From assembly GCF_000143415.4 (NCBI RefSeq), contig NW_003314285.1, forward strand, positions 1,747,471 to 1,811,470: 64,000 nucleotides of DNA. The letters are read 5' to 3'. How positions within the stretch are numbered: position 1 is the first letter of the stretch; each line of letters opens with the position of its first letter. The notes under the pieces were generated by a model, which saw only the letters and a list, made by a program, of their open reading frames with translations, was not told where the DNA came from and did no database searches. The position numbers and the translations under genes are program-made. Shown here in pieces: positions 12,232 to 26,600 of this stretch. Source of the DNA: Selaginella moellendorffii (lineage: Eukaryota; Plantae; Lycopodiophyta).

Positions 12232-12753
12232 CATCCACTTAGAACTGTGGTGGCGATCAAATAGGTTCACAGCATCGTGAAGGTAGACTAAGTTCTTTGA
12301 CCATTTCTTTAGCCTTTTGGATGGTAGCACTCAGGACAATAAAAAGAAGAACCTCCTGGCTGTGGAGAATCGATAATGGCCTCTACTCGGATGGCCTCCA
12401 CAGCCATCCTCCTCGCCGCCTTCCTCGCCTGAGGTTGCAATCCTGGAGCTCGCGACGGCATCACAATCACCACCAAGTTCATTGTCCTCCTTTCATGCTT
12501 CTTGTTCACGTTCCTTCGCTACCTTCAATCCATCCGGTTCGTCAACCATGTCGGCTTTTTTATCAACGTTCGCTCGAGGATCACTCCGGACTACGTTGCT
12601 GGCATCCTTGCTCCAAGATCGAACTTCTTCACCGCAAAAACCAGGGGATACTACTTCGCCTTCCCACTTTTGTTGTGGGTGTTTGGCCCGGTTCCTCTCG
12701 TGGTTGCCTGTGTAGTGCTCGTCCGGTGTCTCTGGTGTGAGGGAGAGCTCTAG
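12232..12753 (+). pseudogene. DUF599 membrane-protein pseudogene, derived from the 13936-15079 copy
   Basis: Nucleotide similarity to 14041-15060 with deletions and frameshifts; retains GYYFAFPLLLWVFGPVP; retains an intron at the same position (~12284-12335); no start. Confidence 0.85.
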
Positions 12754-12839
12754 ACTGGCCAAGAAAGATTACGTTTTGACAAACACATTCTCTGTTTGAC
12801 TCAGATGAACATTGGCTAAATGCGGGTAATAGATTTCTT

Positions 12840-13571
12840 TTACTTCATGTCAAGGTGGTACAGGAAAGGGATAATGACGAAGCACGCCATGGCGAGAGGA
12901 ACCGGGCCCAGGATCCACAAAAGTAGTGGGATCGTAAAATAAAAGCTCCTCGATCCGGCTGCCTGGAAGTTGCAAGCCTTTTCGAACAGACTGGCGACGT
13001 ATTCCGGCGTGACAAACTTGGAGAGGATCTCATCCCCGGGCGTGTTGATGAAGAAACTGACCTGGTTTAAGAACCTCACCGATTGCATGCAGCAAAAGAA
13101 GCAAACCATGAAACATCCCAGAAGCAAAGTCACCTTGATCGACATGGTCGTCTCATCCTGCTTGGTCTTGCCGCCACCGAAGCTCTCGAACACGGGCTTT
13201 CTGAGGCCGTAGCTATACGACGTGTTGATGAAGGCCACCGATCCGGAGCACAGGAGGATCGCCACCGACGCCCACAGGATGGATCCCATCATCGAGTTTC
13301 GCAAGCTTTGCACTGCAAGGACACTCTTCTTCTCAACATCCTGGCGTTTTCATGAAGTGGTAAATGTGATGTGCTCTTAAAAGAAACTGGCTAGAACTCG
13401 AGAGCTGCTTACCGCCATCATCGATCGAACCCACGCTCGTCGCCCGACATGGTTGGCCCCGATCACCGTGAGGAGCGGCTGCGTCTTGTAGATATAGAGA
13501 AAGTAGCCATGATACGTCGCGAGGGTTGCGAATCCAAGTGGAACCAGCCAGAGATCCCAGTCTTTGATCAT
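12840..13571 (-). CDS. DUF599 family membrane protein; exons 13571-13413, 13340-12840
   Basis: DLWLVPLG..YH, KKSVLAVQSLRNSMMGS, QSVRFLNQV, FYFTIPLLLWILGP; GT-AG intron. Confidence 0.88.
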
Positions 13572-13935
13572 GATCTGCGCTTGGAAAGTTGGATTTTGGC
13601 GAAAGGACAAGCCACTTTTCCCTTCGAACACCAAGACAACAATACACAAGGGTGTGCTGATCAAACGTTTTCAAAGCCTCCAAAAGTGAGCCACTCAGTG
13701 GACTGTGGTCGGACCCATGAAACAAAACAAGACTTTATTAAATGAAGCCAGATTCGATGCGCAATGCGCACATGTTGTTGGTTGACACGGCATTTTCTCA
13801 AGGTCAGCAAAACCATCGTGCTACGCGTCGCTCAGATTTTATTCTGTTTTATGTTTTAATAAACATTACTTTCCATTTCGTTATTGTAGGTTTAGAAGAA
13901 CACTCATTTCTATCTTCCGCTGGGGATATTATCGA

Positions 13936-15079
13936 ATGGCGGCGGCGTGGAAGCAGTTATATTTTGATGTCCTGCTGGTTCCTGCGGGATTGCTTCTGTT
14001 GTTGGCTTACCATGTCTTTTATTTCTACAAGGTGAGGAGGCATCCACTCAAAACGGTGGTGGGGGTCAATCACTTGGGAAGAACGGCCTGGGTTCACAGC
14101 ATCATGAAGGTACTCCTCCTCTTGCCCTAAAATTCCAATCCCCTCCTTGCTTCTCCCGCTCTCTCTCACACTCTTTTTCGCATTCTCTCTTGTGTTTTCT
14201 TGTGTGTCGGTGGCGTGCGTGTTTTCGTTTTTGGAGGTGCTCTGGGAAGGAAATGAGATATCTTTTCCTAATGCAAAGCTTCGTGCTTGGATCCTGGATT
14301 GAATCATTTCATTTCCCAGTTGTGCTTGGCATTTCCGCGGCATTTCTGCCGTGTGTGGTGTGGGGTGTTTGCACTCGTCCTGCCCAAAAGACTTTGGTCA
14401 ATGGGATGGAAGTATCGAAATGGTATATTGCTTTGTCGTACGCAGCAATCCTCGTGAAGCTTTTCTCTAGCAGTAGTTCCACCTTGTTTTCCGCTTTTGA
14501 CTTTCGGGAAAAAGAAAAACCGTGCCTGGTATAAGATCACAAAGATTCGTGAAACGTGTGTGTGTGCAGGACAATGACAAGAAGAACATCCTGGCTGTCC
14601 AAACTCTCCGGAACTCGATCATGGCCTCGACCCTCATGGCCTCCACCGCCATCCTCCTCAGCTCCGGCCTCGCCGCATTTCTCAGCAGCAGCTACAGCGT
14701 CAAGCGGCCACTCCATGGATTCTCAAGTACCGTCACCGTCCTGGGAGCTCACGACGACATCACCATCGCCACCAAGTTCGTCGCGCTGCTTGCGTGCTTC
14801 CTCTTCTCCTTCATTTGCTACATGCAGTCCGTCCGCTTCACGAATCACGTCGGTTTCCTCATCAACACTCCTGTGACGAGTGACTCCAAGATCACTCCCG
14901 ACTACGTTGCCGCAGTGCTTGCGCGGGGATCAAACTTTTACACGGTCGGGACGAGGGGGTACTACTTTGCGTTCCCGCTGCTGCTGTGGCTGTTTGGTCC
15001 CATCCCTGTTGTGGTGGCCTGTCTCTTGCTTGTCCCGTTTCTCTACCGACTTGACTTGGTGACAGATGATCAGTGCTAA
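13936..15079 (+). CDS. DUF599 family membrane protein; exons 13936-14109, 14570-15079
   Basis: DVLLVPAGL..YH, KKNILAVQTLRNSIMASTLMA, GYYFAFPLLLWLFGP; GT-AG intron in frame. Confidence 0.9.
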
Positions 15080-15958
15080 CTTGAAACTCAACTGGTAAAC
15101 CCCTCGTTTACCAATATTTTATTATAATGACTTGTAAGAAAAAAATAAAATGATTAATTAATGCAACAATAAATTTCCCATGCATTTATTTTTATTTTTA
15201 AATTACATAATATGTTTAAAAAATTAAGAAATAATTATGTTATGTAGTTTTAAAGAATTGAATTACATTCTCCAAACTAAGGATTTAAAATGTGTAATAT
15301 ATGGATTCATTCTAAACTACAAAAGAAGTATTTTTCATAAAATTTAAAGTAGCATCAAATTAGCAAACTACAAATATATTATAAAAGATAAAAACATGGT
15401 GAATAATTATTAGTAATAATTGATTGATGCAATTATGATATATCTATTTCTTTTAAAATTATATTAAATATATAAATTAAAAATATTTTTTTAAAAACTT
15501 TTTTTAACTAACTTCCAAGACAAGAGGGACATAAATTTTACTTTAAACTTCTTAAAAACATTTATATTATATATGGGTTGTGATGACTAACAAAAAAAAA
15601 ATTAAAATAAATGATAAAAATGTAAATAATGGAAAACATAAAAGAAATTTTGAAGAATAAATCATCTTATATTTATTAAAGATTTATTAAAATTTGATAT
15701 ATCAATTTTTTATTATAGATAAAAAATTATCTTCTAAAGTTTTAAAAAAATTTATAATTAATATGAAATAATACATACTTTTAAATTTTATAATTTAAAT
15801 AAATTAATATATTTTTAGTTTTGAAAATATTTATTTTTAATCTTTCTGGAAAAGCAAATTAAGCTTAATTTTTAATGTTTTGAAACAGTAAAGTTCATAA
15901 TGTTTAAATAGAATTAACTTTATGAGTGCATGAAATATAAAAATGAAATACAAAAATG

Positions 15959-16082
15959 TGTATATCAATTAATCCCAAGACCCTAGTTTATATAGTGGAG
16001 TGGGTGATCCAAATTAAAACCAATCCAATGCCTACCAAAATCCCATTATGTTAATATTAATATATAGCATTGTAGCTATACA
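15959..16082. repeat. Probable 3' LTR remnant (TGTATA...TATACA)
   Basis: About 120-bp diverged direct repeat of 20554-20676; true LTR limits uncertain. Confidence 0.6.
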
Positions 16083-19000
16083 CTTGTACCTTATATTATC
16101 CACTCCTTTTGAAATGATGGAAGACCATTAAGGTTTTCTTATATATAAGTTAGGATTTAAAGGAACATCAGAAGGAGGTAACAATGGATTTGTAAGTGGT
16201 GTTAATTGTTTCTAATCTTTTTGTACAAAGTGTTTTAGCCGCTATATATGGATAATTTCTAGAAGATTGGCCTGCTAAACGTCATGCCAAACTTCATAAA
16301 CTTGCAATCTAACTTGCCATAACACCTGATACGATCTTTTTCACTGAGCAAGAAGCCCTTTAGATAAACCATATATTGTAAAGTTGGGAAAACAAACAAA
16401 CTAACATTAAGTGATCCACTTTGTCTTCCACAAGTGGACGATGATGGGAATTATAATGCCATTATTGTCCTACTTATATGCGGCCTAGGTTTTTGGTAGA
16501 CTCTGCTCAAACAAGTGGAAAAATATTTATCAAATATTGATTTCATAACCTAGCATTAGCAGTATGTGGCAACTGTAAAGGTAAATCAAACTCTATTAGT
16601 AGTATTGGATCCATATAGAAGTTTATATGATGAAGCACTAATAAAACTCTACATCTCTGTGATATACGCATACCAAAGAGACAACAAATAACCATCATAA
16701 TCCAAATGTTGAAAGTTCACGTACTTCGTGATCATGTCTTTGAAAGTTTGAATAAGCCATTCCACCAAATCGTTTAACTGTGGATAATAAACATTTGTGA
16801 AAGTGTGGCATATCCCTAACCAAGACGTTAGAACATGAAATGCCTTAGCTATAAATGTGGGACAATTATTCGAAAGAATTCGCTTTAGATAGGAATGCTG
16901 AAACATCATTCAATTGAGGAAGTATTTAATAGTAGTTCTAGATACACTAGCAAAAGCACTAACTTTCACTCAGCGAGTCAAGTAGTTAAAAACAATAATA
17001 ATATGCTTTTTGTCAATAGGTGATTATGGAAAAAGCTCCATAAAATCAAACACTACCAACTCAAACAAATAGGAAATTACAATTGATTCCAACCGTCCTT
17101 CCACAACACAAAAGGGAGTATTATGAGCGCTTGACACTAAATATAATTACATATATATTAGATAATATCATATCACATCCTAGCCAATATTATGATTTGT
17201 CCCCATAAAATAAAGAAAACCACCCTTAAGGCAATATTAAAAATATAAATGCCAAAATGGGAAAGTCATTAGTAAGTGATATAAGATTATCAAACCCATT
17301 GTGAAGTCTTCAAATCCATGGCTCAATCTTTTGAGCCTTGTGAATCTCGTCAAGAAAAGGTAAAATTTTCTCTGCACCTTGTGGATATGAATATTAAGTA
17401 TAGCAACTACTAATGGCATGAAATCCTTGTCCAAAAAATCCACAAATGCTGGAACAATAGGCTAGTTAGAAACATGAGAAAAGAGCGAAGAAGAAAGAGG
17501 AGTTCAAGAAAAGACATTAGCATTAACCATAGAACTTTATAAGTGATGAATAACATTAAAATCATATATCTGAAGTTTCAAAACCCACTGAATAGTACAA
17601 CCAACTAAATTCTTCTATTTCAATAATGAAGTAACAGTAGCATGATCACATTTTAATAATGTTTGAGAACCATATAGATATGCATGAAGTTTCTCAAAAC
17701 CCAAAATTGTTGTTAAACACTCCTTCTTTATTATGGAGTAATTCACTTCTACTAGTTGTAATGTATTGCTAATATATACAATGAGATGGCACTAACCAGA
17801 CACACTTAGGCTTTTTTGCATTAACACACCTCCAAAATTGATATAAAAAATATTCACGTGCAAAATGAAAGGTTGAGTGTTGTGAATTATGAGCAAGCAT
17901 TCACGGATCTCAAAGAGCTATTGACAACTCCTCTGGTTTTAGTATATCCTAACTAACTAGATGAAAGATGGCATTGATGACTTCAACAACACTCATAATG
18001 ATATAGTGCAATCAAAAAGATGATTAACAAAACAACCAAGATACTGCACCTTGCCTAGAAAGCACTAGATATCATTTACACACTTTGGATTAGGGAACTT
18101 TGGAACAACTAAAAGTTTGTCAAAATCAATTTGTAAATTCTCATGAGAAATATGGTACCTAAAATATATATTTAAACATGCACTTTGACCACTTCAACTT
18201 TAAACTAACTTCTTGTAACCGATCCAACACTTTACAAATATCATGAATGTATTCCTCCTATATCCCCTTTGAGTGGATCAAGATATCATCGATGAAGTCA
18301 ATAGTCACCTTTGGCATATCGTAAAGAACCTCATCTATCATCCGCTGGAAAGTTGTTGAAGCATTGTTCAAACCAAACGGCATCACTAAAAACTTATAAA
18401 CCAAATGGTGTATAAAAAACAACCTTAGAAATATCTTCTTTGGCCATTGGTACTTATCAGTACTCAAAAGCAAGATCTAATTTGGTGAACTAATGACTTC
18501 TCCTTAGATGATTTAAAAAATTAACAGTGTGAGGAAAAGGGTATACATTTGAGATCATCAATTCATTTAATAGATGATAATCGATGCAAAAAGGAATATC
18601 CCATTAGCCTTCATCATAAGATAAAATTCACACACTCAAGGACTTTATAGCTTCCGAATAACACCCTTTTTCAATATTTTCTTGATGTTTGCACATAAAA
18701 TTTTGATCTCTTTGAGTGATCGATGACAAATAGAAATCTTGATTAGATGAGCAACCCCAATTGAAATGGGATGATATATTGCAATCTTAGACCCAGACAA
18801 TAAATCAAATTCAAAGATACTGGCATACTTTTTCATGAGCTGGTCAACCATTACAACACAAAGACCATCAGAGGGATTGAAAGAGGGAACAGAGGAATAG
18901 GATGAAAATATAAAAAGAAGTAATGGGAAAACAAAAGTAATAGAAGCAAAGGTAGAAACAAAAGGACGAAGAGGAATATAAATAAGAGGAATGGAAGAAA

Positions 19001-20553
19001 TATAAAAAGTATGAAACAAGGGAGAGAAGCCTCAAAGTCACATTTGGTATGATTGCGCTGTAATCAATTCATACCAAGGATGATGTCAAAAGCTTGATTT
19101 AGCATTACTTGCAATAACTGCAGCTCAAACTTGAGATTACCCACATGCATAACTAAATCTACCTCATCCCATGCACATGCTTATGTATAGCCATTGCCAT
19201 ATAGAATGAAAATTGGTTCTACCACATGATGCAATATAGACGATAATGTGTGATAACATACTAAGCAATAGAAGATAAACTTGAGCTTATATCAACTAAT
19301 ATGAAGAGAATAATAGAAGACCTTTTATTATAAAAACGAGTTTGGAAAATAAACACTAGATGAATTAATGTTAAGTGAACCCTTTAATGATACTCCTAAA
19401 AGAGAGATACAAGGGTTATTAATTTATTCGCACAAGGACCCTCTACTACTTGTGCAACTTTTCATTTCCCAGAAGCATCTCTGTATTCAAACCTTCCATT
19501 GTAGTAGCACCAATAGGACATTGTTTATACCAAAGTCTCCCATCAGGAAATGGAGGTTGCCAATCTAGAAATCACCAATAATGCCGATAAGTGTAATTAA
19601 CTTCATCACATGCTAAATAGTGGACATCATGACCACGACCACATCCTCACCCTTATCCTTGAATTAGGGCAATAGCAACATCAACCTCCATTGAAACAAG
19701 ACCATCTCTCACAAAAAGTGGAGTTGAAGGATGTGTAATAAAATGTGGAAGAGGTGGTATCTCATAACATTGTGCCAAATAAAGAGTATCATCAAAGGTG
19801 GCTCGAGCAAATGCATGCATAAATCTTACAAGATCTTAATGAAGTGTTGGCCATAACATTTCCAACTTAATCCACTCCAATATATTGAATTTCACATGAA
19901 ATAAGAGACTTTAGAAACAAATGCTAAATTGCATCACATACTCAGATGACTCTTGATGAAGACAATATGATTGTTAAAATGTATCATCACAATTGTTAGC
20001 ATATCCAAATATACGTTTGAAGGCATTTAGGAGAATGCTCCAATCCTTATGAGTGGTTACACTTAAACTATTGTACCATTGTAATGTGGTCTCTTGGAGA
20101 GATATGTGAGAAATTTATATAAGCGCCAAACATCATCCCAAAAATAATACGTGGCAATTGTTATAAAGTAATTGAACCAATGATACACATCATCCCCAAT
20201 ATTCCCACGAAGAACTCCAGTTGGACTCGAGGATTGGCAATAAAAGCAAGAGGAATTGTAGCACACACTGTAAATGCCACTATCAACTAAGTTTGATTAT
20301 TCAATTACAACTACATAGCATCAAGCAATTGCACCAATTTTTGCTCTATAATCAAAAGAGGAATAAGTTACTACTTTACCATGAAAATGAACAAAACGGA
20401 AAAAAGTAAAAGAAAAGAAATTGAAAAAGCTACAAGGAAAAAGAGATTTAGACAATGCAAAAACTAGATCTAAAATAGAATCTTAAATTTAAGCACTTCT
20501 TAGGGATAATCAAAATTACCCCTCAACTTCATCAATGTGAGTGTATAGAATAT

Positions 20554-20676
20554 TGTATATCAATTAGCCCAAAAACCATAACTTATATACAGAAATAAGT
20601 GGTTTGGATTGAAACCAATCTGACAAATACCAAAATTTTACTACGCTAATATTAATATATGGCATTATAGTATAAA
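20554..20676. repeat. Probable 5' LTR remnant
   Basis: Shares TGTATATCAATTA, AAACCAATC, TACCAAAAT and TAATATTAATATAT.GCATT blocks with 15959-16082. Confidence 0.6.
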
Positions 20677-23600
20677 TAGGTAATTAAAATTTGATATTTA
20701 TTTCACCATGAAAATATGACAAAAAACCTTTAATATATGGAAAAGTAAAATCAAATAGGTATTTAAAAGTTGTTATATTATAATATTATTGAAACATTTA
20801 TAGTATTATTTAGTATAGTTGTAGTGACTTTTGTTTTATAACTAACAAATTATTATTATGAGTGAGAATCAATTACTAAATTAAATAACATTTATTCTAA
20901 TTATTCTCAGTCTAAGAAGAAAATTTTGAAGTACTTATAAAATACATTACCATTTTTATAAATAGTCTTTATATGTATATTTCTAGAGGTATTTCTTTTA
21001 CAGAGAAAGCTAACAAAAAGATGAAGTTGAAGACCATATATTGTAGAATAAGCTGCTAATTTATATTTGATAACTAAAGGTTTTAATTAAATTTTTCTTA
21101 TGACTAACTCTTATATGATTTTTGGTTTGATTTAGAAAGCCTATAAAGTAAGAAATATACCTACTTCTTTTAATTTTTCCTTTCGTTTATTGGTAATCAA
21201 TATTTAATATTAAAATTCTTTATTTATCACTAATAAACCATATTTAACATCCATATGAGTAAATTTAAAAAATAGATTTTTCACATAAATTTAGTTCATC
21301 AGGAATTCATTCTCACCAGAAACTGCAGGTGTACATGAGTAGTTTCAAAGTTTTAATTTATTTTAACAAATGTTATAGTAAGATCAACAATTATATCTAG
21401 ACTTTCACCTTTACTTTTTAATTCCTTGACTCATGATTATAATATGATTCTTAAAGAGAATTCTCCATACATGGAACTCTTGGATAAAGAATCAATAAGC
21501 AATTTTAATAATAACCACATAATAATTTTGGCCACCATCCAAAACTTTTGCTTTGCTATAAATGCAATTGCATTAATGTGCACTATATAAAAATCTGTTC
21601 TACTATATAATTGACATGGTTTCTTAAACTCTATCATCAGAATATATGTAAAAGATGTGCGAGATAACCATGCAAAATCATCATTGCTCCATGAAATAAT
21701 ATGCTATTATCTTTTAGTTTGTTGAAAGATTTATTCACATGAAGAGTGTTTTAACACCTTCCATACAATAACTGCTTACTAGATTAATTGATTAATGAAT
21801 ATTCTAAATATCCATTAGGATTATATTATAAGATAGTCCTTTATATTTAAAATTTCTCTAATTTATCAATTATTTTTAAAAAATTAAAAATAATAGTTTA
21901 GAACAAATTATTTTGGCTATGTGAAGTGCTATTATATATGTGAAATTTATTATTTAAATATTCAATTTATATATTTGTTCGATGTGAGATATTGAAATTA
22001 CAATTACTGAATACCTGAGAAATGGGTTAATCTCATTGTTCTATAAACTGTTATATTATATGACTTTGATTGGTATAGAAGCTATGAACCACAATGTTGG
22101 CGGAGGGCTCGTTTTGGTAACAGGACATGAAAGTCATGCCTCTCTCTCATGACCTTTGCTGGATTATAAAAGCTCCTATACAAAATCCTTGTGTTTTAGA
22201 GTCAGCCTGGGAATCCTGCAGAATGCACTGTTGGCGCGTTGCATTCCGGGAAACTTAGTGACAGAATAATCGGGCAAAATGTCATTCGGAAAATATGCGG
22301 AAATGAAACGTTAAAGCGTGAAGGACGAAGTAAACTCAAGCGACTACCTTTCTCTACCTTAAACGTCGAAGATAGATAGAACTTCTTTGTCTTTTTCAAG
22401 AATGCGATGGACTCTGGCTGGAACTTGAGTCGAAGTACCTCGAATCAATTCTTAGAAGTCAATGCCTCCATAGAGGGATATGCATGCAACAAGTCGTAGC
22501 TAGCTCGAAAAGCTTTGATACAAATTCGAGGCTTTAGCAGTGTTGCTAGGTTCCGATAGAACAACCAACGTTCATGATCGGGGCTTGTCTCTGGAGGTGC
22601 AGAATAGAAAAAGCCATCATTCTGGCTTTAACTCGCTTTCGTGCAAACATTTCCCCACAGTCTTCCAAAAGTTCATCAAGCTAAAGTAGGAAGAATAGAT
22701 CTAAGCTCGAGTTTAGCTCCAGTCATGGCTTCGTATTAATATATTTTTGATTGCAGATATACAACAGAAAACAGAAAACAAAGCAGGAAATCACTAGCAT
22801 ATACCAGATGCCATCAGGATAGGACAGCATCAAGTCGAACAACACATGTCACCTCTCGTAGTGGCTGTATGAAGTCTGTCTCGACCATCACCTTGTAGTT
22901 AAGACTCCGATAAACCGAGCAATATCTTGTACAGTGCGCATCAAATCTGCTGTCCATGTGATCAGATAAGTCCTGCTGCGAAAGCACACAGTTATGCAAA
23001 ACGAACTTACTAATGCATGAAAATGCAGATCTCTCAAGATGGAGAGCTGAGACAAAACTTGTGGCTGACTTCCAGCTCAAGAACTCGTAATTCCTCCAGT
23101 CTCTCGTATCGCCAAGCATCAATTCCTTCTGTCTCTCGCGCCTCTTGTCTCTTGCTACCCGAAAACCTCGTCCTGGTTCACCTGGGATCTGCACGACAGC
23201 ATCACAAGGGTATAATGTGAGACATCTCCAAATTCCGTGACTTTCAGTGTTTCCAGCGCCGGGGAGGATGCAACTACACTGCAGAGACATTGGTCGCCTA
23301 GTTCTATACCATGGTATAAACCTTGCGAACCCGCAAGCTCCGAAAGAGAGAGCGATCGCGCGCTCGGGGACGAGACCGTCGCATGGGAGTCACTTGACTG
23401 TTACAAGAGACCGAGACCTTATAGTTCTTTGAGGCGCCTTTGTATTCACAGCAACGGAAGATTAAATCACAACCATTAAAGTTAAAGCAAAAACTCTAAG
23501 CCATTGAAACAGCATAAAAAATAAAATATACCTAGATATGACTTTTCTATGCTAGCTTTTTTTCTTAAGAAATTTAGGAAAGCGTCTGTAGATAGAGATC

Positions 23601-26600
23601 GAAGTGCTAGTGATGAACACATGATTCGCCAACATGGCAGTGCATTCAACGAGAAAGATTCCCTAGTGATGAGACACAAAACACCATGTCATATGAACTA
23701 CAAGCTAGCCAGAGATAAAAATGTGAGCCGACCGACCATGATCCATGAAAAAATGATTACGCTGGAATCTTCCCCTGTTTTAGGGCTTGGTGGGGAGAAT
23801 CTTTGGAATTTCAAATCCGGCATCTATCTGGCGCTTGTTCCAAATGGTTTGTCCCCCTTGCACCCCTCAATCTTTTTCCGAAACCAAAGCCACCACTCCA
23901 AATTGCGCAAAAGATTTCGGCTCGAATAATGATAGATCCCCCAGAGAGACAAGAGCAAAGCAACAACATCAAGAGGGTGCATCGCCTAATCGTTTGCTTG
24001 GATTTTGTGTAGGGTCAACTAAGAAGGGCGTAAATGGACCTCCATTTGGGCGCTTTTCCCCTCTTTCTTTTGCTGTCGTGATCGAATGGACGTCATATTG
24101 CTCATCGCCTTCCAGAACTTTGAAGAACCCCGTAACTTGGATCCCTCCTTTGTCTAGTCCAGTAGAAAAATAATCATTGAGCTGATTGAACTTCGTCATT
24201 TGGATTTCAATCAGTCCCGTCCTTGCGAGATTGGAAGTCCCTGGAGATTGACACAAAGTGATGAAGATTTTAGTGGGGAGAGGATGATCAATCATCCATG
24301 CGGAATATTTGGATTTGGCACGCAACTTACTTTTGTCAGCCCGTGATGGACATTGTTCTTTTCTAACATAACATGGCTCTATCACGAGAGGACATCTTAC
24401 AAGTCAACAAAGGATCCGGTCCACCACCTTTCCAGTGTGGGCTTAGGGCATTCCATTGTCTACGCGCCTGCCATCGATCAATCCAACCGGAATGAGCTTG
24501 TCACTTTGCAGAAGGGAAAAGTTGGGAGTGAGTCCGCAGCTTTGTTTCTAGTCGTGTCGACTGTAGTGTAGCCCACGTCCACCTTCAAGGAGAGCTCGCC
24601 GTTGTTCGTTTGTAACCGGCTGAATCTAGAGAAGATGACAGCATCATCTCAGCCGTATTACCACCTCCAGATTCTTGTACCTCTTTGATGTCTCCGTCGT
24701 CACCCCCTCCTTGAATGAACAGAATGGGCCCTAAGTATATTGTCTCTTGTGTCCTGCGATCAGAGCGTTGTTCCATTTTCCATCACATGGTATGTACAAA
24801 CAAAGCAACCCATGAAAACTTTGTAATGAAGTGTCTCAGAAAACTCCTTCTCTGATAGCAACTCCTCATTTGTTTGGAGCTCTGCTGGATATAACATTTG
24901 GTGTCCATGGCTCCTAGAGGAGACAAATCGGTACTTGGAGTGCTCCTAGCTCCGCCATGGAATACATCACATCAAGGAGAGCCACAGAAACACAAACATA
25001 TAAAGAAAGAGAGTGAAAAAGCCATTCATTCGAATTCATGAATACACATATCCATGAGAACGCACTTTTGTGTTGTCTTGTGTGTTGTCTGTCCGTCCAA
25101 ATCGCTAGAAAAATCACAGCTTTGCCGAGTAGCGCGCTCAGTCTCGCGCAGTACCGTACTGCTCTGGCTGTGCTGGGCTGTATGTTTGTGTCCCAGTCAA
25201 ACAAATCGCAGGGGCATATTCCCGCCGTCCAGCGTTTTTTATTCCCTCCCAGATCAACTGTTTCTTGTGACATGATATGTTAGAGCGTGTACGTAGCATG
25301 GAAAATCCCCGTGTGTGGCAAATTGGGGTGGCATCCGCCAAGCGTGTAGTGGTATTTGGAATGCGGCAGGGACACAGCCCGTCTGGAAATTCTCCTCGAG
25401 ATCCAGCGATTTTCACTGGGAGATTCGTTGCTTGCAATGGGCAAAAGGCGGATATTCGTTTCCTTTGCCTTGAATCGAGGGTGTGTTGTATTTGCCCAAA
25501 TGCCCAAGCAACGCCAATCATAAACAAATGCCCCGACAGAGCATCTCTTACATTGCGGAATTCGAGGACACACCGAATGATCACCTCCTAGATCAATCAG
25601 CGTCTATAACAAGTCTATGATATATTTTGGTATTTGTATGGTTCGAGGATGATGACTTCATCGCGGCTCGCAATGTTCCAATTTGGTGGATTGATTGATC
25701 AAATCATCCTCCCGTTTGACGGTGCGTTGATTTTTTTTCACCTGGTAAAATTACTCCGTGTTTTCCGGTAGTTACATGGACAGGCCACCCATCCGGGTGA
25801 CATACAGGCAGGCCGCCACTGCCAATGCCCACTGCCATGCTGGATCCCGCCGTGGACAAGCCTGACGCGTATATACGCACCCAGCTACGCTAGCTGCTAG
25901 GTGAAAGTTTTCTTTCACCTGCATAGCCGTGGAAGAAGAGATTGGGCGTTTCACGTGAGGGCAGTAACATCCAGTCGCGCAGTACGTAATAGACGTCCAG
26001 CCATACGTATGTACATATAGGTGGCGGTTAGGGTTAGGGCTTAGCTGACGGTACTGCCACGAGGCGCCAGGCTTTCCTGCCATGTGGCAGGGGCACATTT
26101 CTCACTTTGACCCCTCCGTACGCCGGCCGGGAAGTTGTCCTCTTCTTGGGTAACTGACCGCGACATCCGCCGGCCGGGGCGGCGGGGACGGAATACGTTT
26201 TCCCGGTCCGGAATATTCCCAACATCCAAAGAGTGCTTTGTGACTGTGTGTGTGTGCGTAGCGGCGTTGTGTGCGTTCCTTTTTCCCGCTTGAAGAGGCT
26301 TCATAAATACTGGGCGAGGGGCCCTTGTTTTAATGTGGCCCGCCATTCACGGACGCTCCTTGCTCCTTCCTCTTCGCAAGAGCTCTAGCTCTCCTCCCTC
26401 TTTCTCTCTCGCTCGCTAGGGTTTTGTGTGATCGACCCATCTCTGCCGCCTTCTCCAAGAATGCGCGATCCGCCGGACGAATCGCCGCGACAATCGCCGC
26501 CTAGATTCCGCAAATTTCTCACAGATTTTCTTTGGTGTGATCTGGTGTGGCTGCAAGCAATGCTATGGCGTGCGTGCTGTTCTTTTGCTTTCTTCCCCCT

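Larger units (their letters stand above)
15959..20676 (-). mobile_element. Decayed Ty3/Gypsy LTR retrotransposon (gag-PR-RT-RH-IN remnants)
   Basis: Gag remnant ~20060-20260; protease LVDISSS ~19290; RT VMPFGLNNAS.TFQR and FIDDILI at 18258-18400; integrase YYPQLNDLVE ~16780; many stops and frameshifts; flanked by diverged direct repeats. Confidence 0.88.
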
